A stretch of DNA of 64,000 bases from the human T2T-CHM13v2.0 reference genome, Homo sapiens. The stretch lies in the NCBI RefSeq assembly GCF_009914755.1, contig NC_060934.1, one strand, 5' to 3'. Both the position numbers and the translations under genes were made by a program. This document shows, in pieces, positions 58,126-64,000 of the stretch (position 1 is the stretch's first letter; each line of letters starts with the position of its first letter). The notes beneath the pieces were generated by a model, which saw only the letters and a program-made list of their open reading frames with translations, was not told where the DNA came from and made no database searches.

Positions 58126-58206
58126 CTGGAGGAGATCTACAGTAAAATCCTGGAGGTGATCTGTGGTAAAATCCTGGAGGTGATCTACAGCAAAATCCTG
58201 GAGGTG
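58126..58206 (+). repeat. 24-bp minisatellite, 3.4 copies (CTGGAGGTGATCTACAGTAAAATC)
   Basis: Units at 58126, 58150, 58174 and a partial unit at 58198; runs into MIR-like sequence. Confidence 0.92.
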
Positions 58207-58489
58207 GTGTCTACCAGCTTTGTGGTCACAGGCAAGCTGCTTTTCTCCCCTGCCTCAGATCCATCATCAGCAAAATGAGAATCATGTTGTCTACTTTGCA
58301 GGATTATTCTAGTCCATTAATGTTATGACATCCATAAAGAAACTTTTATAAGGCTTAGAACATAATAAGCAGGGGCTCTTATAATTTATTTTTTAATTCC
58401 TTTATAAAAAATAGATTGTAAAGCTCTTCTGATTAACAGGATTGCAGAGGATTAATTCCCTGACTTGAGACAGAAATTATTTTATATAG

Positions 58490-58910
58490 AAGCCACACAT
58501 ACCTCTCCAGATTACTCTGCTAATAGCTCTAATTCCCCATCTTGCCTCTACACTCCAGAAACACTGACATCCTCATTCTCCCTATGCCTCTTTACAACTC
58601 TGTATCTTTTGTACGTATTAATCTCTCTTTGTACAATGTCTGTCACTGTTTCTTCACCTGGAAAATTCTGATTTATCTTCAGGGCCTAGAAACAGTTACC
58701 CTTTTATGTGAAGGCTTCTTCAGTTATTTCAGAGACAACCACTTCCCTTGTCTGTACCCCCACAATACTTGGTTAATAACTCATGTTTCTTAACAAGGTG
58801 TTTGATCTTTTATCTATTTTCTGACTCCACTAGACTACAAACATTGTCAAGGCAGAAAAACAGTGACTATCCTCTACCACCACTACCTGAATAGATATTC
58901 CCACTGAGTA
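58490..58910 (+). mobile_element. L2 LINE fragment
   Basis: CTACACTCCAGAAACACTGACATCCTC...CTCCACTAGACTACAAACATTGTCAAGGCAG. Confidence 0.6.
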
Positions 58911-59490
58911 GTATATACCCATCAGGCTGAATATATACTCATGCTTATACAATCATAAATACTTTTGAGTACTTATATGAGCCAGCCCCTGTGCTTGACT
59001 CAAAGATGGGAATGAAACAGAAAAGACACTGGTTGGAAGAGACCCAATTAAACCATGTAGACTTAGAAGCTCTGAGTTATTACTAGCTTTAAACTCATCA
59101 GGAAATTTCCTCTTTGAGTCTCAGTTGCTTTATCATCGAAACAAAAGTATTAATGGCGCATCTCATAGAATGTATAAGGCACATACGTGAAATCAGATTG
59201 TAATTATAGCACACAAATTATACAGATATTAGTTGTTTTTGACATACTATCCTATATCTTTCTAGAGAGTACAATTTAATTGTGGTGCTGTAACATATAG
59301 AAAAAGTCAAATAGAATAACATATACACAAAAATATTCATTAAAATATAGCACCAAAATAGCACAATTGAAATACAATACATATAATTAAAAATACATGG
59401 AAATGTATATTTTATATATATATATATACAAAATATCTTAATACCCATATGCTGATTATAATTCAAGGTAATTTAAGATAGGTATGATGA

Positions 59491-59796
<306 letters not shown>

Positions 59797-61481
59797 GTAA
59801 TGAGTTAATTCTATTAAAAATAAGACAGGAATAATCCCCATGAGTTAAGGTGGTTGAGGACATCATCATGGAAAAGCCATGACTTGAAGAACAGGTAGGA
59901 TTCAAATGGAGTGAGAGGAGGCTGCTTGTGATTACTTGTGGGTCTCCAGGTACTGCAGAGTACCCAATGTAAATGATCTTTTTATTTACAGAGCACCAGT
60001 GTACATGCTCTGTTTGTCCAATTTATGCACAGTTATAGGGAGAAAAAGGATTGCTACAATTGTGTAATGACATAAGTTCACATCCCCAGAAAATTATAAT
60101 TTGAGCAATGTCATTAAAAAACTTGAGATACAATTAAAAAGTACTTTTGAAAACAACACGGAGAACTCATAAAGAGGGTAGCTGGATAAGTTGAGAATTT
60201 AACTGGATCTGTATTTGCCAACTCCTGAATCCCTCCACATCCGCTCCTAATGTTCACCATCCACGTGCCCTTTGACTTGAAGGTGATTTATGACCCTCAA
60301 TTATTTGGACTTGTCAGAATGCAATGCAGTGATTCTGCTCTCTGTCAGGGGTGATCCTACCCACTCTGAATAGTGATGGATTTTCTGATCAATTTAGCCA
60401 GCCATTTACACACACCTGGAAAGCCAAACCACTATGATGTTTAGCTGTGTTTTTCCTAAAGGGTCAAAATGTAATGAGCATCTAAACCAGGTTTCATCAT
60501 AAGAAGCTGAGTGAGGTTTCTATCTGTAGTTTTAACGACAGTGTATATCTTCTAACTCCCTTTCCCCAGCCCTTGATTCACAACTAAGATTATTTCCAAA
60601 TTCCTGCAATTCCCTACTCCCCAACTATAGACATGAAATTTTCTTTTATGTTGCTCTTTGATTGGACTGATATTCCAATACTTCATAAGATGTCTGTACA
60701 CACAACAAAAGTATCCAGTACACCTGGGGTTTTACTTCTGCCTACAGAAATATTTTTTTTTTCCTGCAGAGTCAATGCCCTTGTCAATCACCCAGCCAGA
60801 GCCACAAATACAGGGAATAAATATGGATTTTAGAGAAAAAGAAATAAACAGAAGAACAACTCTAAAATAAAACCCTATTCAGGAAGAAAATCAAAAGAAT
60901 ATGTAGCTAGCATACCTATGCAAGAAGAGTGTCGAAAAGAAACTCTTAAAACAGAAAGGAATTGAAGAATCTTAAAACATTAGGAAGGAAGAAAGAAAAA
61001 CAGAAAGTGCAAGATATGGGTAAATGTGATCTTGAGTTTTATCAATTATGTTGAGAAGCAAAACTTATAACATTTTTTGATGTGGTTGTCAATGTATTCA
61101 TAAGAAATACTTAAGGTAATTATATTATAAACAGGGGAGGGTAAAGGAATTTAAGAGGAGATACTCTTTCTATACTCCGTAAAATGTCAATAACAGTAAA
61201 CTATGATAAGGTATATAGATAAATTATATATATAGATAAATATATATCACCTAGAACATCTACTGAAAAATCTACCCAAGAAATATAGATAAATCAAATT
61301 TGAATTATTTTCCAGAAAATATCACGGCTGCCCACAACAAAGATGTAATTAGAAAACAAAGAAATGAATAACAGCGAGGGAAAAACAGAACCTCCCTCCC
61401 AAAAAAATATACACCACAAAGCAAAACATAAAATGGCAACATAAGCCTTAACATAGCAATAATTACATTAAATAAATATGG

Positions 61482-61779
61482 TCTCCACCTTCAAACAAAA
61501 TTTTACTTCTTCCATGAGAATGTCCTCCTATGTCAATATATTTAAGCATTTTAAAATTCTCTTTTGTTTAGCCTATACAATTTCCAGTAAAGATTTCACA
61601 CATCCTCTATAAATACTCCTAGTGACGGGGAGCTCTCTACTGCACAAGTAGGCCTATTCTGTTTTGACCAGATTTTAACATTAAAAAGTGATTCTTGATC
61701 AAAAAAGGCATTTATACGGAGACTATAGGATACACGACCTAGATGAAAATGTGGAAGGGTGTTAATTCTAGACAAAAAG
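61482..61779 (+). repeat. Acceptor copy of the 298-bp duplication, inserted in L1M ORF2
   Basis: ~91% identical to 57316-57613 and flanked on both sides by collinear L1 ORF2 sequence. Confidence 0.97.
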
Positions 61780-61852
61780 GCAGAGATGGTCCAAGTTGAT
61801 AAAAATACATGATAACTGTATGCTGCTACAAGAAATGCAGTTCAAATATAAC

Positions 61853-62354
61853 TATAATAAATGTCACTTTATATTGCCTTGGCATGCATTCTGAGTATAG
61901 GGTTAACTGTCTCATACCAGAAGCAGGACTTCACTACTTTTGACATAGTTTCCAGTTCTTTAATTTCTCCTAGTTCCTCAATGTGGTAGATGCATAAATC
62001 TGCCCAATGCATCTTCCTCTCAGTAACCACCTCAACATGGGACTTATACATACAACATTTTTCTCAGTTATCTCTCTCCTAGAGAGTGGCTGTCTTGGTA
62101 GGAGTAAACTGGACACAGGTCAGACAAGAGTCACAAGGACATCACTCAGTATAGACAGGTTTCTTGTAAGAGGAATACCTGTTGAAGGTCAGGCACCTAG
62201 GCATTATGTCATCCACTAGGATTAAGAAGTATCCCGAGAAAAGCACAGTATAAACATCCATGACCACATCCCTTGGATTACTGTCAGGGAAGGGTAAGTT
62301 TATAGCTACTTTCAGGAGAGAAATATTAAGTTTGGATTAGAGGAAAATACAGCA
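61853..62354 (+). mobile_element. MER54/MER74-like ERVL solo LTR nested in L1M
   Basis: TATTGCCTTGGCATGCATTCTGAGTATAGG...TCTCATACCAGAAGCAGG...AAACTGGACACAGGTCAGACAAGAG...TTAGAGGAAAATACAGCA. 5-bp TSD ATAAC at 61848-61852 and 62355-62359. Confidence 0.75.
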
Positions 62355-63792
62355 ATAACTATACATGTAAGTTGAAATTAGATGGTAGAAAAAGATTAAG
62401 AGCACATGTGTTAATATCAGATAAGGAGACTTCAGAGAATGAATTACTAGGGACAGAGAGGGACGTTACATCTTGATAGAAGTTTCAATCCAACGAGAAC
62501 CCCACGTAATTCTTAATGAGTACTAACTAAAAAACACAGCTGCAGAATATGAGAAACAAACACTATAGAACTGAAACGAGAAATAGACAAATCCATAATT
62601 ATAGGTAGAGTTCAATACTCCTCTCTAAACAATTGATAGAACAACTGACTAGCCAGTGTAGAGATGAACTCAGCAAGTGGCTATGCCACTTGTTTTGATC
62701 TGTAAGACAGGAATGATAATGATAATACTTATATCCTGCTTAATTTTTGTAAAGATAAAACAATGTATTTTTGTAAACAGCTTAGAAATATAACCCACAT
62801 ATAATAAGCCCTCAAATATAACAACCTATTGGTACATGGAAATCATGTATTTAAAATATAGTAAATAAACCAACACCCCAAAAGGAAAATGGGCAACGAC
62901 ATAAGTAATCAAATCATAGTTGAAGAAATGTCATTATTGAAACATACAGCCTCATTATTAAGTGTTTTCAAAATAAAAGAAACAATGAGAAAGAAACTCT
63001 TTTGGAAACAACTCTAATCACATCTCACGGGTTTTGCTGTTTCTATATTTGCCTCAATTTAATTAAAGCAACATACGACAAGCCTTGTTTTCAAAGAATC
63101 AGGAAAATTGTATAACTAGGTTTAAAAAATTCATTCTACCATTTAAATACAAGGAAATTGACAAACATTTTTCCTTAATTTGTTTCTTCCCTGGACACAG
63201 CTGATTACAAAGTCATAACTAGTGCTAGCACCTTGATACTGTTAAAGAATTAATAAATTATCAGTCTCAAATTGGGCCAAGGTCTATGGACACATTGTCC
63301 CCATAATGAAGACTCCTCTACTTACTGATTCTATTTTAGCCTCAACCCAGTTTGTTGCTACTTCCTTAAGGTAAATAACTTCTTATGAGAGGAAAAGATC
63401 CTGATTTAATAGGTCACTGAAAATGAGACATTTTAAGCCCAAGGCAGGAATTACAATAAATAAAATTAATAGCTAACATAGTTAAACATTCTTCCTTAGC
63501 CAGGCAGCTTACTATGTCCTATGTGTGTGTTATCTCATTTTATCAGCACAACTACTCCTGTGTATTTTCTAGTTTCATATCCCCACTCAGTCCTTACATT
63601 CTAAGCACATCAGATTACTCTAACTTCTTATATACCTTATTTGTTCCCATCACAGGTCCCTTGAATATGCTGTTCCCTATATACAGAACTCCCCATCCCA
63701 TAATCCTTCCTTACCTACCAAATTCCTGATCATTCTTTACATTCCCTTTGAAATATCAGATAAAATTAGGTCCAACAAGTTCAATATCCATG

Positions 63793-64000
63793 TGAAACAG
63801 CTCTGTTGTCTGGGGTATATACCCCGGCTATTGGTCTCAGTCAAGAAAGAATTCAGGAGACAAACACACATGAGGAGTGGGTTTAGGAGTGGAAAATTTA
63901 ATAGAAATAGAAGAAAAGAGAGAGAAAAATTTTCCTTGTGCTGAGAAAGTGTGTCGCCCAAAAGAGGGTCTCTGGTTTGCAGTGGAATGCAATCAGTTTT
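63793..64000 (-). mobile_element. ERV1 LTR (MER61-like), cut by the window end
   Basis: TGAAACAGCTCTGTTGTCTGGGGTATATACCCCGG...ACACACATGAGGAGTGGGTTTAGGAGTGGAAAATTTAATAG. Confidence 0.65.

Larger units (their letters stand above)
60840..62650 (+). mobile_element. Old L1M (L1MC/L1MD-like) ORF1-end to ORF2-start fragment, interrupted twice
   Basis: AAATGGCAACATAAGCCTTAACATAGCAATAATTACATTAAATAAATATGGTCT | insert | GCAGAGATGG...CTACAAGAAATGCAGTTCAAATATAAC | LTR | ...TTAATATCAGATAAGGAGACTTCAGAG...GAAATAGACAAATCCATAATTATAG (degenerate EN domain). Confidence 0.8.

Noticed and set aside
58126-58206. Regularly spaced repeats resembling a CRISPR array
   Set aside because: Head-to-tail tandem units with no unique spacers, no cas genes, primate DNA.

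Overview
AT-rich primate (human-like) genomic DNA, judged by AluY/AluS, L1PA4/7/8, THE1B, MSTA, MIR and L2 content. I recognise no intact cellular protein-coding gene, RNA gene or CpG island. Nearly all tracked ORFs come from Alu, L1, MaLR or microsatellite sequence, so the window looks intergenic or deep intronic. Main content: a THE1B provirus with a collapsed 5' LTR (2977-4877), a ~5.1 kb disabled L1PA4-like element inserted into the middle of an AluY (18970-24400), 14 Alus, nested LTRs and DNA-transposon fossils. The most notable structures seen directly are a 298-bp templated copy (57316-57613 to 61482-61779, 26 mismatches, no indels) pasted into an old L1, a 100%-identical 128-bp tandem duplication (49027-49282), a perfect 94-bp palindrome in a purine-pyrimidine array (37833-37926) and a template-switch fold-back scar in an Alu (10784-10834). 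Several repeat-free TAAT-rich islands, a CTCF-like site and a few candidate splice sites may be functional but are unproven. I found no evidence for a novel multi-gene system. Repeat subfamily names are recalled from consensus sequences and need RepeatMasker/Dfam confirmation.
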